Shown here one piece after another: positions 12,538 to 25,974 of a stretch of DNA of 64,000 bases. A model generated the notes under the pieces. It was not told where the DNA came from. It saw only the letters and a list, made by a program, of their open reading frames with translations, and ran no database searches. The DNA lies in NCBI GenBank assembly GCA_965649765.1, contig OZ287758.1, forward strand, positions 56,296,001 through 56,360,000, in the 5' to 3' direction. Position 1 is the stretch's first letter; every line of letters begins with the position of its first letter. Source of the stretch: Bispira polyomma. Its lineage: Eukaryota. Position numbers and translations under genes: made by a program.

Positions 12538-15457
12538 TCTAGGGTATAGAACTGTTTGTTTACCTTTAAGTTTTATACACTACTGAGGTCATGTCATCTT
12601 TGATTTGCCATCAAGAGGAGACTTTTGTTGTTGTAGTCAAAACCAATGTGTGTCTCACTTGTGTATATAAGTAACTAAGGCTCCAAGTTTTACATGTACA
12701 AAGTGAAGACAAGAACTGTGATGGTGCCCATGGTGCTGTTTGATCTTAAAACACCAGGTTATATACCGTAAACTCAGTATAAACAGCCTATGGGCTTTTA
12801 ACTAAGGTTCAAACAGCAATATTAGAATGTTTGGTGCTCTCATCTGAACTGATGCGAATAAGAATAGTGATTTTGACATACATGTTATAAAGTGGTTAAC
12901 TATTAATTCTGAATTTAAAGCTAAACTTAAAATTAGTAAAGCCAACTTAACAATAACATATATCTCTGGTGGTCAAACATAATTTTTTATTAATGTATCT
13001 TTCTTAAATGATGGCAAATAATGAAAAAACACCCATTGTTAAGTTGACCTTACTAATTGAAAGTTTAGCCTTCAACTCAGAATTGATGTAAAACTAATTT
13101 ATAAAATCCAGATATTCTTTTAGTTGTGAACACAATTTAAATCAGAATAACAGCAACTTTTCAGAAATTTTAGGATTTTGGGATTTCTGCATCTTTGTCA
13201 AAAATGTCCATTATCCCCAAAACAGTGCGAGATAGAGCTGTTTTTTACTACATTTTCCATGCAGAGGGTGCATTTCACGGTATTATGGCAACTTTTCAGA
13301 AATTTTCCAGTTATTTTTTTTTCACAGTAATATTTAATTTATTCAGTATAGAATTATTCTTGATTCTGAATATCTTCTGTGCTCTCACACGTGATTTCTA
13401 GAACACTGAGACGTGAGCGATAGTCAATGATTTCACTCAGAAAATAATGCACACTACAATACGTAAATGTTTTTACAATTTTGTGTAATGCAATACGTTG
13501 GGATATATTGAGTTCTAGATATATTGTTTCAGCATAAGTTGTTAATAAAAAAATACTTTAAAATCTACTGTACTTGTTCAACCAAAAGAGGTATTGACTT
13601 GGCTTTGAATAGCGGTTTGTATTTGCTTGGCAAACCCCCTCACTACATTCTAATTCTATTAAGTTAGCACTGCATCAAAGTCAAACTCTGGGCTCCAATC
13701 ATATTACCATCAAATAACTTCACCTCTGTTTCAAACAGAGAGAAATCACTTCACTAAAAGTGAATATTGAGTCAATTCATGAACCTCACAAGTGTAATCC
13801 CAAGCATTGGAATCTTTTGGGCAAACACTTGTTGATGAATATTACTACTCAATATATATGATTACTAAGTATATATAGAATATAATTAATGGGCTGTTTT
13901 TCCTCTATACACACTGTGACAAATGTATACCTCATTAGATGATACTCCAATATTCACATTTTGAAGTACTTATTTCTATCTTGTGATGAGCGGTCTGCAT
14001 AATTCTCCCTACATTATAGACTAGATTAATGATAGATCCACACACCTCCAGGCTTGGTTCCTTTTAAGACTTGAATCAGGGACACAATTTGTCCATGGTT
14101 TTGGACGACTCAGTTAATGTTGGCCAAGTTGACCTTGTGGCAGATTTGAGTGACTGACAATTCATGTACATATAACAGCATCAAAGTATTGGAAAGATCT
14201 TAAAAAGTTGGATTGGTCAAAATCTTAAAATTGCATTTAACTTTACAATGTGTGAAATCTTATTTGGTATACATGTACTCTTTTTGTTCCTTTTATAATA
14301 ATTGTGTGTCTGTCTATCTTTAAAAAAAAATATTAAATTTACTTTAAAGTAGATTCTTACCCTTACAAAAACACCTTTATAAAGTGCTGTATCACTTTTG
14401 TCAGTTAAACTAAAATAAAGTAATATGTACATTATTTCACAGCACAAAAGGTGATCCTAAATTGCCTCCATAGACAAAACACTAGGACCAAGTGCTGTGG
14501 AGTCATTGTGTGTAGTGGTGTAATGGCAGCTTTTGTCCCTTAATCAAAAGCAAATGAAATTGATTTCCTAGTAATTAAAGTGTTGCCAAACCAAGGCCTA
14601 CACTAAGCAGTAAACTGATACTGGGTTTTAAATAAATTAAAAAAGAAAAACAAACATGATTTTTAGCTTATTGATGGTTTGTGAAGTGGCCAATTAAGTG
14701 TTATTTGTCATGTATTACAAAAGCTGAAAGTTTAAATTATGCAGGACTTTTATCATCACAAAATGGAAGAGAGACGATTTTAATTCTATAACCGATCCAC
14801 TGTTGCGTAATAACTAGTCATTAAAATTAGACGTGTACCAACTTGATAGTAGGAACTCGCCCACAAATAGGATTACTTTCTGCTTGTCTTGTCAATTAAA
14901 AAACCCCAGACAACTGATGTTATTTCATTTGGTCAAATTGAATGTTTTAATGGGGAGGGGATCAGATTTAACAAACAAGTGTAATGTTATAAGTCTGGTG
15001 GCTATGGTTTCGGTCTGAGAGAGGGGGGGGGGGGTGGGGGCCAGTGTGAATAATTCAGCAGGGTTTGATACACGAGGGAACTGGTTAAATGGACTAAAGT
15101 AGAGAGTCTGAAGCACTGAGACTCGCTAGCCATTAATTACAGCTAAACAGAGCAATAGGCCCTGCCAGTCTAAAACCAGTGTAAATAGAGGCGTGCTGCC
15201 AGTCTAAAACCAGTGTAAATAGAGGCGTGCGTCAAAGTGAACTCGGAATAAACAGGCTTTGATTTCAATAAACATGAAGGGCGCGTGAAGGAAATAAATA
15301 CTCAATGAACTCATTTCTGAACTGCTGTTTTGGGTTGTGTTTCGTGATTTAGACAAAAAAAAAATTTTCATTATATTTACACTGTTTTACATCCCCTATA
15401 TTTACAGGTTCAAGGCCTTACCTCTTTATATTTACTCTGTTTTCCCTCTATTTGTAG

Positions 15458-18372
15458 GTAAGAGACGGTACCCTTGTATTTGTAAGGATTTAGAACGTTC
15501 CCAGTCCCAGAACTCCAGAGATCAGACATCTCCATTATCTAGTAACCAGGATCCTAGCGAGGAAGCCACTCAGTCAGCCAGTCACACCACGGATATCACT
15601 GACCCCACTACTCAGTCACTGAATAACACCACGAATACCACTGATACTAATCAGGATGACGGAGTAGCTGTCACTCAAGACTCAGAAGCCCCGCCTTGTG
15701 ATCCTGATGCCCCGCCCACTAAGAGGCGGCGCCTGTTCTACAGACGTCGGTGGAAACCGTACAAGTGTGACGTGTGTCACTGTGGGAATGAGTGGGAGGA
15801 TCGGCACAAGGGGGAGGGGGGTGAGAGGGGGGAGGGTGGTGAGAAGGGGGAGGGGGGTGACAGGGGGGAGGGCACTTCTCTGAATATCGGGGGACACAAA
15901 GAAGGGACCAGTAACTGTGAGGGCGTAACTCAGGGTGGGGAAATTAAGGGGGACGGTGAGACTAAAAGTGTGGCTAGAACTCAGGACAGTGAGGAAAAGG
16001 GGGTAAATAAGAAGGAACAGGAAGTAAGTAGGTCAGGGTCGTCTGAAGGTCAAACACCAGCAGTCGTCAGTGAAGTAAATAGTAGTACAAAATGTGAGGC
16101 CACAACTCGGGGGAATGGGGTGTTGAATAATAGTAGTAGTAGCACTCAGGATGTGGAGGGGTTCAATCTGTGGGGAGTGAAGGGATTGATAAAACCTAAT
16201 GGGAGTTTAGGTGAGGCTCTCAGTGTGAGGTCTCGTGTAGCAGCAGGTGTGGAGACGTCAGGTAGTAATGTAATCAGAGCCAGAGGTGAGAGTGGCTTGT
16301 ACAGTAGTAATAACACAGGCAAGTGTGTGAGTAAAAACGCTGTAAACAGTGACAAGTCTGAGAGGTCAGGGAATACTGATGGATACAGTGGGTCACTAGG
16401 GGATAGAGACAAGTCTGAGAGGTCAGGGAATACTGGTGAACACAGTGGGTCACTAGGGGATAGTGGCAAGTCTCCAGCTAACAAGTCCCTCCCTTCTGGA
16501 CAGAGGTCACTAGGGGATAGTGTCAAGTCAACAGGTAACAAGGCAAGTCCTACTAGACAGCGGGCACTGGGGGGTACAGCCAAGTTAGTGGGGGATACAG
16601 TGACTAATGGACAGCGGTCATCAGAGGACAGACAGCTAGGGGACAGATCATCGTCCCTCAGTAAGAAGTGTGAGTCAGTGAATGGATTCAATGGAATTAG
16701 ATGGAATACCAACTACAGTGGAGAGAAGAGGCTTGGAGGGTTAAAGGTGACTGGTGCACCACCCGGTGTGACTGTGTGTACTACTGAAGGCATACAGACT
16801 ACTAGTACACCACAGAATGTATACACAACACTGAGTAGTAAACCTGTCATCCCAGTCAGGAATGTACAGTCTATAGGCTGTAGTAGTAAGTCTGTCACCC
16901 CCACCAGGAATGTGCATAACACCCCTACAAGTCATGTGAGCCAGCAGAGTTCACTCAGTACAGTGGCAGTAGAGAGGTCACTGGGTACACACAGGAGTGC
17001 CACCAAGGCTTATAGTTCACCTGTTACCGTTAGTTACCAGACTTTACCCCATAACTACACAGTACAGAACACACTCACATCCCCCCTACAGCTCCCTACG
17101 GTAACCACACCCACCTGGTACTATGCTAATTATGCAAGCCCTACCCAGACTCATTATGCAAGCCCCGCCCACACTCAGTATGCAAGCCCCGTCCACACTC
17201 CTTATGCAAGTCCTACATCTCCTAGTTACCCCACCTCCCCAGTGGAGCAGAATGCCTTATACCCGTCCTACCTTGGGTCCAGCATGTTACTCTCTGACCA
17301 GAGTTACGGTGTGATGCCCTCATTAGATCTGAATGGTAATCAGCCCCTGACATATGGTGGTGGTGGTGGTGTGGGAGGGCTGACTGTCTTACCTAGTGCC
17401 TTCACACACACACTGGCAGCTTTATCTGCTAATCAGGGCAGTGTCAAGAGTCCGTGTTTACCAGCCACTCAGGGGGTGAACCCGCCCACACATCCCTACG
17501 TGGTACCGTTTTATGACAGTCTCAATACAAACAATAGCAATAACCGGACTGAGTGTGACACTGAAGGTTGTTATAATGAGGAGGAAGCGACTGAGTGGAA
17601 CAGTGATGGTTGTTATGATGAGGAGGGAGCAGAGTTTTATAGAGATTTTATTAGTACAGATGCAGACAGAGCAGTACAAAGCATTTCACCAAAGTCCTTA
17701 CAAATCAGTACACCCCAGTCCTTACAAATCAGTACACCCCAGTCCTTTCAAATCAATACACCCCAGTCCTTACAAATCAGTACTCCCCAGTCCTTACAAA
17801 TCAATACACCCCAGTCCTTACAAATCAATACACCCCAGTCCTTACAATTTCTGGCCTTCACTGTGTTGTCTTTGTCTACGTCCAGAGGTGTTGTTTCTAT
17901 ATTGCCCTCCACTAATTGCCCCGGTCTTCCTATGGTGCCCCCCATTTATGGCCCTTGTGATAATGTTTCTATGACGCCCTCCAGTTATTTCACCAGTGAC
18001 AATATTTCTATGGCGCCCCCCATTTATTGGCCCGGTGTTTCTATGGTACCAGCTCTATGGGTTTCAGGCGATGAAGATACAAGTGATGAAGAAACTGAGG
18101 AAATCGAGCAGACAGCGACAGACAACGGCCTGACAACAACCACTGAGGGTGGCGACGAGACGACTACTGAGGGTGACAGAGAGCAGAAAGTGAAGGAAGA
18201 AGAGGGTGTGGGAGGCGAGGATAATGAGGGGGGCCAGCAGGACGAGACGAAGCAGGAGGTGAAGGAAGAGATGGAGGAGGAGGAAGGAGAACCAGAGGTG
18301 GAGTATATCCCTGAAGAGATAGAACTCGACCCCAATGACCCAATCGCAGCCGCACTCTTAGAATCCATGCAG
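15458..18372 (+). CDS. Zinc finger gene exon 2 (long form, 2915 bp; low-complexity S/T/G/P-rich and acidic). Short form 18068-18372 uses an internal acceptor.
   Basis: Stop-free ORF 15337-18405. Acceptor tttgtag|GT at 15457/15458 is phase 1, matching exon 1. A second phase-1 acceptor gtttcag|GC lies at 18067/18068. Donor CAG|GTGAGG at 18373, phase 0. Confidence 0.72.
17690..17848. repeat. 24-bp in-frame repeat (PQSLQI(S/N)T x~6)
   Basis: CCCCAGTCCTTACAAATCA(G/A)TACA. Confidence 0.9.
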
Positions 18373-18395
18373 GTGAGGCGACTAGTTGTAGTGAC

Positions 18396-18867
18396 ATCTA
18401 TTTAAAGTGTCCAGGCGCTTGGGTGTAAAATATACATCTATTTAAAGTGTCCAGGCTCTTGGGTGTAAAATATTCATCTATTTAAAGTGTCTGGGCTCTT
18501 GGGTGTAAAATATACATATATTTAGAGTGTCCAGGCTCTTGGGTGTAAAATATACATATATTGAAAGTGTCCAGGCTCTTGGGTGTAAAATATACATAAA
18601 TTTAAAGTGTCCAGGCTCTTGGGTGTAAAATATAAATACGTTTATATTTAAAGTGTCCAGGCTCTTGGGTGTAAAATATACATAAATTTAAAGTGTCCAG
18701 GCTCTTGGGTGTAAAATATAAATACGTTTATATTTAAAGTGTCCAGGCTCTTGGGTGTAAAATATACATATATTTAAAGTGTCCAGGCTCTTGGGTGTAA
18801 AATATACATATATTTAAAGTGTCTGGGCTCTTGGGTGTAAAATATACCTAAATTTAAAGTGTCCAGG
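18396..18867. repeat. ~40-bp tandem repeat, ~11-12 copies, beginning ~24 bp after the exon-2 donor
   Basis: TTTAAAGTGTCCAGGCTCTTGGGTGTAAAATATACATATA. Confidence 0.95.
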
Positions 18868-19082
18868 TAGCCCTGTTTCGTTTGTTTTGCAAAAAAAATT
18901 TCAGTTTCATGGTATGTCCCTATATCGGCAGATATTAAACTAATTTTGCCTTTGATTAATTTTGAACTGGTTTTTTGGCCTTAAACCTTAATAACCTTGA
19001 CTGGTATGCCTACTATATGGCAAACAAAGTATATATATACAAAGTATATCTTGTCTTTATGTACAATAAGCATGTTTTGTAG

Positions 19083-19251
19083 GGTAAGCTTGCCTTTAGA
19101 GGGAAGCGTGAATGTCCCTGTGAAGTCTGTGATCTTGTCTTCAACTCAGAGAAGCAGCTTCAGATGCACTTCCGCAGTGATAAGCACGCAAAGAAGTTCA
19201 AGGAGGCGGGAGGGGATGTTAGAGAGCTACCTGAGAAGGAGGTGCATACAG
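19083..19251 (+). CDS. Zinc finger gene exon 3, finger 2
   Basis: ttttgtag|GGT...; GKLAFRGKRECPCEVCDLVFNSEKQLQMHFRSDKHAKKFKEAGGDVRELPEKEVHT; donor ACAG|GTGAGT; phase 0 to 1. Confidence 0.92.
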
Positions 19252-19894
19252 GTGAGTGGTACAAGTACACTGTTCTAACTACAGAATTACCTACAGGTGA
19301 GTAAGTGGTTAGGGTAAACTGTTATACCTACAAAACTACATACACGTGAGTGAGTGGTCAGAGTAAACTGTTATACCTACAGAAATACAGGTGAGTGGGG
19401 GGTCAGAGTAAACTGTTATACCTACCAGTGGCTGGTTAGACAGGTACATACAAGTGTGGGGGTCAGGGTTAACCATCATACTGACTGAGAGGGTATTGTG
19501 AAATTTTGGCATGTGAAAAAGCAGGCGTCTTCTGTCAAAAACCGCTTGCTCCACAGGAAGTACATTTTGCCGTCATTGTTCATTAAGCGAGATATGGATT
19601 TTCAAGGTCTTAGCTATGACATGAAAAGTCTTCTCTGGCAAATATTGCAAGGACTTGTTACCAAAGGAATTTCCTATTTTGGACAAATGTTTTGTAGTTA
19701 TTATTTAGGTTTATCTTTTCACATATTTATGGTAAGGCCCTGTTGCCAAAGTTCTTAGCTCTTTTATTGAAACCCAAAGTATATAAGGACACAGGTTCAG
19801 TAAAATAGAAGAAAAAACAGCAGCGGAAAATTGATGGACATAGTTATAGCAGAGGCTCAGTTCTATGATCTTGTTTGAATGTGCTGTGATTTAA

Positions 19895-20256
19895 ATTTAT
19901 TTAGGCCCTGACATTCACTGTGAGGACTGTGACCTTCAGGTGATGTCTGAGGACTGTGACCTTTGTTTGACCTTGTCTTTCAGATCATAATATTGGCTGT
20001 GAGGACTATGACCTTGAGTTTATGACAGAGGACTGTGACCTTTGTGTGACCATGTGTTTCAAGCCCTTATATTCACTGAGGACTGTGACCATGTGTTTTA
20101 AGCCCTTATATTCACTGAGGACTGTGACCTTGAGTTTATTTCCTATGACTGTGACCTTTTTATGGCCTTGTATTTCAGACCCTGACATTCACTGTAAGCC
20201 TGTGACCTTGAGTTTATGTCTGAAGGCAGTGACCTTTGTATGATCCTGTCTTTCAG
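19895..20256. repeat. Degenerate copies (~5) of the exon-4 acceptor and exon start
   Basis: Variants of TTTCAG|ACCCTGACATTC(A/G)CTGTGAGGACTGTGACC at ~19901, 19978, 20057, 20098 and 20173. Confidence 0.8.
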
Positions 20257-20481
20257 ACCCTGACATTCGCTGTGAGGACTGTGACCTTGAATTTATGTCC
20301 GAAGACCAGTACCAGCAGCACATTGAGGGAAAAAAGCACAAACAGAAGACGTCAGTGCTGAGCTCGTGTGGCGTCTGTAAGATGGTCTTCAACTCCGAGC
20401 TCCAGTCGAGTCAGCACTTTGTGAGTGAGAAACACAGGAAGAAGGTGGCTCTGGAGAAGGGTGTCAAGTACAGGCCTAGAG
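20257..20481 (+). CDS. Zinc finger gene exon 4, fingers 3 and 4
   Basis: PDIRCEDCDLEFMSEDQYQQHIEGKKHKQK..CGVCKMVFNSELQSSQHFVSEKHRKK; tttcag acceptor, AGAG|GTAAGA donor; phase 1 to 1. Confidence 0.93.
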
Positions 20482-21278
20482 GTAAGAGAGTCATGGGGTT
20501 ATATAGTACAGGTCTAGAGGTAAGGGTTATAGAGTACAGACCTAGAGGTAAGGGTTACAGAGTACAGGTCTAGAGGTAAGGCTTATAGAGTACAGGTCTA
20601 GAGGTAAGGGTTATAGAGTACAGGTCTAGAGGTAAAGGTTATAGAGTACAGGTCTAGAGGTAAGGCTTATAGAGTACAGGTCTAGAGGTAAGGGTTATAG
20701 AGTACAGGTCTAGAGGTAAGGGTTATAGAGTATAGGTCTAGAGGTAAGGGTTATAGAGTACAGACCTAGAGGTAAGGGTTATAGAGTACAGACCTAGAGG
20801 TAAGGGTTATAGAGTACAGGTCTAGAGGTAAGGGTTATAGAGTACAGAGGTAAGGGTTATAGAGTACAGAGGTAAGGGTTATAGAGTACAGCTCTAAAGG
20901 TAAGGGTTATAGAGTACAGGTCTAGAGGTAAAGGTTATAGAGTACAGGTCTAGAGGTAAGGGTTATAGAGTATAGGTCTAGAGGTAAAGGTTATAGAGTA
21001 CAGACCTAGAGGTAAGGGTTATAGAGTACAGGTCTAGAGGTAAGGGTTATAGAGTACAGGTCTAGAGGTAAGGGTTATAGAGTACAGACCTAGAGGTAAG
21101 GGTTATAGAGTACAGACCTAGAGGTAAGGGTTATAGAGTACAGACCTAGAGGTAAGGGCTGTAGAGTACAGACCTAGAGGTAAGGGTTATAGACTACAGG
21201 TCTAGAGGTAAAAGTTATAGAGTACAGGTCTAGAGGTAAAGGTTATAGAGTACAGACCTAGAGGTAACGGTTATAGAG
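20468..21278. repeat. 28-bp tandem repeat (~28 copies) made of the exon-4 end plus donor site
   Basis: Unit AGTACAGGTCTAGAG|GTAAGGGTTATAG versus the real junction AGTACAGGCCTAGAG|GTAAGAG. Confidence 0.96.
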
Positions 21279-22994
21279 CAGAGGGTGGCCCTAAGTCTAG
21301 GGGTGAGGGTGTTGTCAGCTTCACTGTACACACATTAACTGGATGGGGGGTAATTTGAGTTCTGGCTCAGATCAAACTGTTTTCTAATGTTTGATGTCCA
21401 GATATCAGGTTTTAACAGTAAACGTGTAATAATTCTTTGACACACACACAGTGATCACAGTGTGTAATGGACTTGTTATAAACTCTTCTATGTCTTTTTG
21501 ATCATTTGATATTTCAGAAAACAGTACAGAATCTGGAACCTTTTACAACCAGTGATGAAACAGTTTCAGAAATTCACCTTCCTGAAAATTCAAAATAAGA
21601 ACATCTATTCTGTTTGTGGCATCACAATTTGTTCAAAAAAATACCTAGAGAAAGCAATTTCACCATAAAGTCGATATATTTGGAAGATGAGGCTTGTATT
21701 CACCTAGGGACTAGTATACTTTTATGCTAGATTAAAGCCCAAGACTTGGCTGAGACTGTTGGTGAATATGGGCCATTAGAGGTATTCACACAAGGGGGAA
21801 GTCCAGACATTGTCAAACACAGAAGTATATACTAGATCTCAGATAAAGTCGTGACTTGACTCTTTGGTGAATGCCCCCCAACCCCCACCCCCACCCCAAC
21901 CCCCAGTTATATGAACAAAATGAGGGTCACGGTGTGCTATCCAAGTGATGTAACTCTCTAGATATTAGGAGTACCCCTGGGTAGCGCTGGCTTTTGGCCC
22001 ACCCTTGAGCCATGTACATGTCAAACTGTCCTAGGGCCAAGGGTAGGCCGAAGTCAGTGCCACCAGTGTACATGTCTTATCCAGTTTGGGTGTACAAATA
22101 CTGCAATGTGTTTGATGTTCACCATGTATGATGGTTTCACTGTATTTTCGACCCATTAAGCAAATAAATACAAAAGATTGACGATGCAATACAACTCTGA
22201 TTATCCAAACAATACAAATCTGATTATCCAAACACAAATTTTATCAGAACATTCAGTTTTCTGAACTTGTTTTTGCGCTCAAATATCGATCACCCTTTAT
22301 TAATTTACTAAAACTACCTTTCTATATCTTTGATGTGCCGGTTTTCCATCACGTAAGAGGCACAATGTTTACAAGTGTAGCCCCCGTTATTGCAGTGATT
22401 AATAACAAATAGAAGTACACATCTACACAAAATAATGTGTATTTGTTGTTAACTATCAGTAACTAGGTCAATAAACATAAACCAATACGTAACTAGAGCA
22501 TTAGGAACCAACCGATCGACAATAGGCACATATCGAAAACATGCACGTCGACTATAGTTTATAAATAAAGTTCAAGGGCGAGTACTTTACTGGCGAATCA
22601 AGGACTGCCTTACGGCGGAATAATGGACGAGGGCCAGTCTTATAAAGACTGACAATAATATATTTTAAAGCAAATAATAAGATATTTTCTAACTCACTGT
22701 GAACTATTTTTGTAGCTACTGACGGAACTATTTATCCGTGATCTATTCTCTCAGATAAAGTACGGTTACGAATTGCGCACTGACGGCTTTTGTGGTCGAT
22801 ACGCACTTCCGGTCTTTATAATTTTAAACCTTGTATTTCCTAGACAAGTGATCACATACACAGATACTATTGTGTTTGGATAAACAAGGTTGTCTGGTAC
22901 CCAGTGACAGAGATATGTTAGAACTTATTCCCACATTTTATGAATCCAGAAAAACCTATAAAAAAATTATTAATTCCTCGCCCCAAAACTAATA

Positions 22995-23213
22995 CAGTAA
23001 GGAATCTCAGATTCACCACAGTATCTGAATTTCGCCACCTAGAAATTGATGTGTTTTTGGTAGAATTGTGGGTAATATTTGCTAAAATTGAGATTAGAGT
23101 AGTTTGCCTGACTTACCTAAATTTTTGGTATTTTTCGCCAGTTTTTGTGATTTGGCCTTAATTTTAATGGTGGTGAATTTCAGATACAGTGGCGAATTTG
23201 AGATTGTTTACTG
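22995..23213. mobile_element. Tc1/mariner-type MITE, 219 bp
   Basis: ~45-bp imperfect TIRs starting CAGTAA..AATCTCA.ATTC.CCAC.GTATCTGAA, with TA on both sides. Confidence 0.8.
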
Positions 23214-24946
23214 TAATGTGAGGAGATAATGCCATGACCAATTGTTGTTACTGTACAGAGACTCCTACAGACAATACATAGTGTGGCACAGGCAGTTGTT
23301 CTAATGTCGGACCCTCTTGAGATTATTACCATTGGATTTGGCCCAAGGTTTGACGGTTTGGTTTGACATGAGTTGTAGCAATTACTGATGTCTGTGTGTA
23401 ATTGTGAGTGGGGTATGGGGGGGGAGGGGGGGGTGCTTTAACAACTTGTACATTTGTAAGGGTTTAACAATGGCAGTTTCCCTCCTTTTCCTTTAATTGT
23501 GTCATATTTTAGCCTAAACTCTGTAATCACCGGATGATTAAAAGTAGTTGATGTACATTTTTTTTCACTATATATTGTAACATTCCACCCACGTACTTCT
23601 CACTAGATTATGTACAAATTTCCACCTCCTGGCATTCTACTTTCTTTGTATTTAAAAGAAAACGAATGAAGAATCCTCACCAAATTTGATGTGTTAATTT
23701 GCTATGATAGTTGCTGGCTTGGGATTGCCTTTGGTGGTGTCGCTTCTCGTGATGTTAGCATGGCAACAAATATATTTTGGGTTTGCCGATCAAATAATAG
23801 AAAAGTAATGACGATTTCCTCACCGAATGTGATGTGTGGGTGTTTTTGTGGCAGTAGCTCACTTGTGAGGGTAGCCCCCCAAATGTTCTGGGGTTCATTG
23901 TGGTGAAGTAAGATGTTTTTGCCACTGTGTGGAGCAGGAGGGTGGACATTTCCAAATGATAATGTGTACATTTCTCACAACAGAAACATGCCCCGTTTTA
24001 TGGCATGCACCGAGTTGGCAATACATTTGCTGGCACCTGCCATGTTGGGAATGGTTCATATTAAACACACGAGCACCTGAATATGAGTTGGTCAGATATA
24101 CTTAAATTTTCCCGTTTTTGAGCACCCATCCCCCCATTTTGATTGTAAAGTCATGTAGCACTTCTCTGCTGACATAGCTCTCTCCTCTGTACTTTAGATG
24201 TACTCTAATCGTGTGTACAGAGTTTTGTTTTCTATTACAGGTTCTGTGGACACCGCGCTATCACACTGTTCTATCTCTGCCATCAACTTAAACACGGAAA
24301 AAACCTCCACAGCAAACTCTAAACCTTAAATAAATAATAGTTTAATAATCTAGTGTTGTTGTCACTGAGCTAGATGTGTCACCTGACCAGTATATAGAGT
24401 CCCAGATGACGTGTATGAGGATGTCTGCTTAATGTATTCAATATACTAGAATTTAATTATTTGCCACATAAAGGATTGTTTTACACAAATATATCCTGTG
24501 GTTTCTGAAATATCACTGGTTACAAGTCTGGGTAATGATTTTTAATTAAATGATGACAAATGTGACATTATAAAGTTTGATTCTTTGTGACAAATACCAA
24601 AAGTTTTGGTGACATTTAAATGATGTGCTGTGATTCTATAGTGACATTTCATACAGTAAGACATTTAAAAAAAAACGCCTTTTAAAAGTCTGTCTTTATG
24701 TGAGCTCTGTTGGGTGGAAGTTTGTGATGGCCTTCATATACAAACACACTTCTTGAAAGGAGAATGACTAATACATGTCTAGAATGTCACAGAAATACGA
24801 TGAGGAAACCCCATGGAAAAATGTGGAAAAACAGAAGCAATATCAATACATGTATATGGAGAGAGAAATCAAACAACAGTGAGACCAAACTATGAGACTT
24901 GTGAGCACTAGGGGACCTCTAGGGGATTATGTGGTGGCGATATAGT

Positions 24947-25125
24947 AAGACCACAATGTACTCATGTAGAATGGTATCTCAGTGTGGAGGGGGGAGGGGG
25001 TGATATACTAAGACCACAATGTACTCGTGTAGAATGCTATCTCAGTGTACAGTGTGTGGGGGGGGGGGGGGGCGATGTACTAGAACCACAATGTACTCGT
25101 GTAGAATGGTATCTCAGTGTACAGT
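24947..25125. repeat. 3 copies of a ~65-bp unit with G-run spacers
   Basis: ACCACAATGTACTCGTGTAGAATGGTATCTCAGTGT. Confidence 0.8.
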
Positions 25126-25679
25126 GTGTACACCTTTATATTACTGTAGGTCTACCACGTCTATAATCCACCCCCAGGAAAAGAAAAAAGGTCCATATAT
25201 CCCTCTCCCCCCAAATCCCCCCCCCCCCATTCCCCCACTCCTCATTGCTAGTGTAAAGCAATGTTAGCATGTAAAGCTGGAACTACCAAATGGGATGAAC
25301 TGTGGGGTCAGTGTGTGGTCAGTGTATGGACTAGAGCTATTAAATAGACGCCACACAGTTTAACATGCAGTTGGACTGAATGAACTGTTGTAGTAATACT
25401 CTTAAGATCTCACGATTCAGACAACCAAAATGACTGTGTAGAGTGTAGGATAAAACAGAAATGGGGGGGGGGGGAGAGCGGGGGGGGGGCAATAGATGAT
25501 CTGACATTATTTAAAACCAACCAATGGAATGTTTGTACAGTATGTTTGTGTGTGTGTACAGTATACACTGGAGGTTGATGTTGGCTGACTCTTCTGTCAG
25601 TGATATCAGGTAAGAACAGAGACACAGCCTGTAATACTCACATAAATCTAAATGTGTCTAGGTTCATAGTCTCGTATCA

Positions 25680-25944
25680 CCTCTAGTGAGGTCTCATCCG
25701 ACTCGGTTCTTCTACTTGTCAACCAATTGTTAAACCTCAGCTCCCTCAGGAAGGATCTACTAGCCATACTGCCACATACGCCTCAAAGAGTAACACCTAT
25801 TGGCGGCCAGGTACCCATTTATACACCTGGGTGGAGAGGGACAACTTTGTGTGTGAAGTACTTGTCCAAGGATATCATCACCATGCTAGCAGCGAGGATT
25901 GAACCTCGGGTCCAAAGTCAGACACTCTAACCACTAGACCACAG
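25680..25944 (-). mobile_element. tRNA-derived SINE with CORE-like central domain
   Basis: Minus strand: A box TGGTCTAGTGG, B box GGTTCAATCC, then CCTTGGACAAG..CTCTCCACCCAGGTGTATAAATGGGTACC. A related copy lies at ~58340-58680. Confidence 0.72.
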
Positions 25945-25974
25945 TACACACCAAACTTGTACCTGGGATTATTG

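Noticed and set aside
15337-15457. N-terminus of the 1022-aa ORF as an independent gene start
   Set aside because: Non-ATG (GTG) start in a pyrimidine-rich tract that reads as an intron 3' end.
23691-24120. Coding-like GC-richer stretch in intron 4
   Set aside because: No recognisable motif or consistent splice sites; possibly a TE remnant, but I cannot support that.
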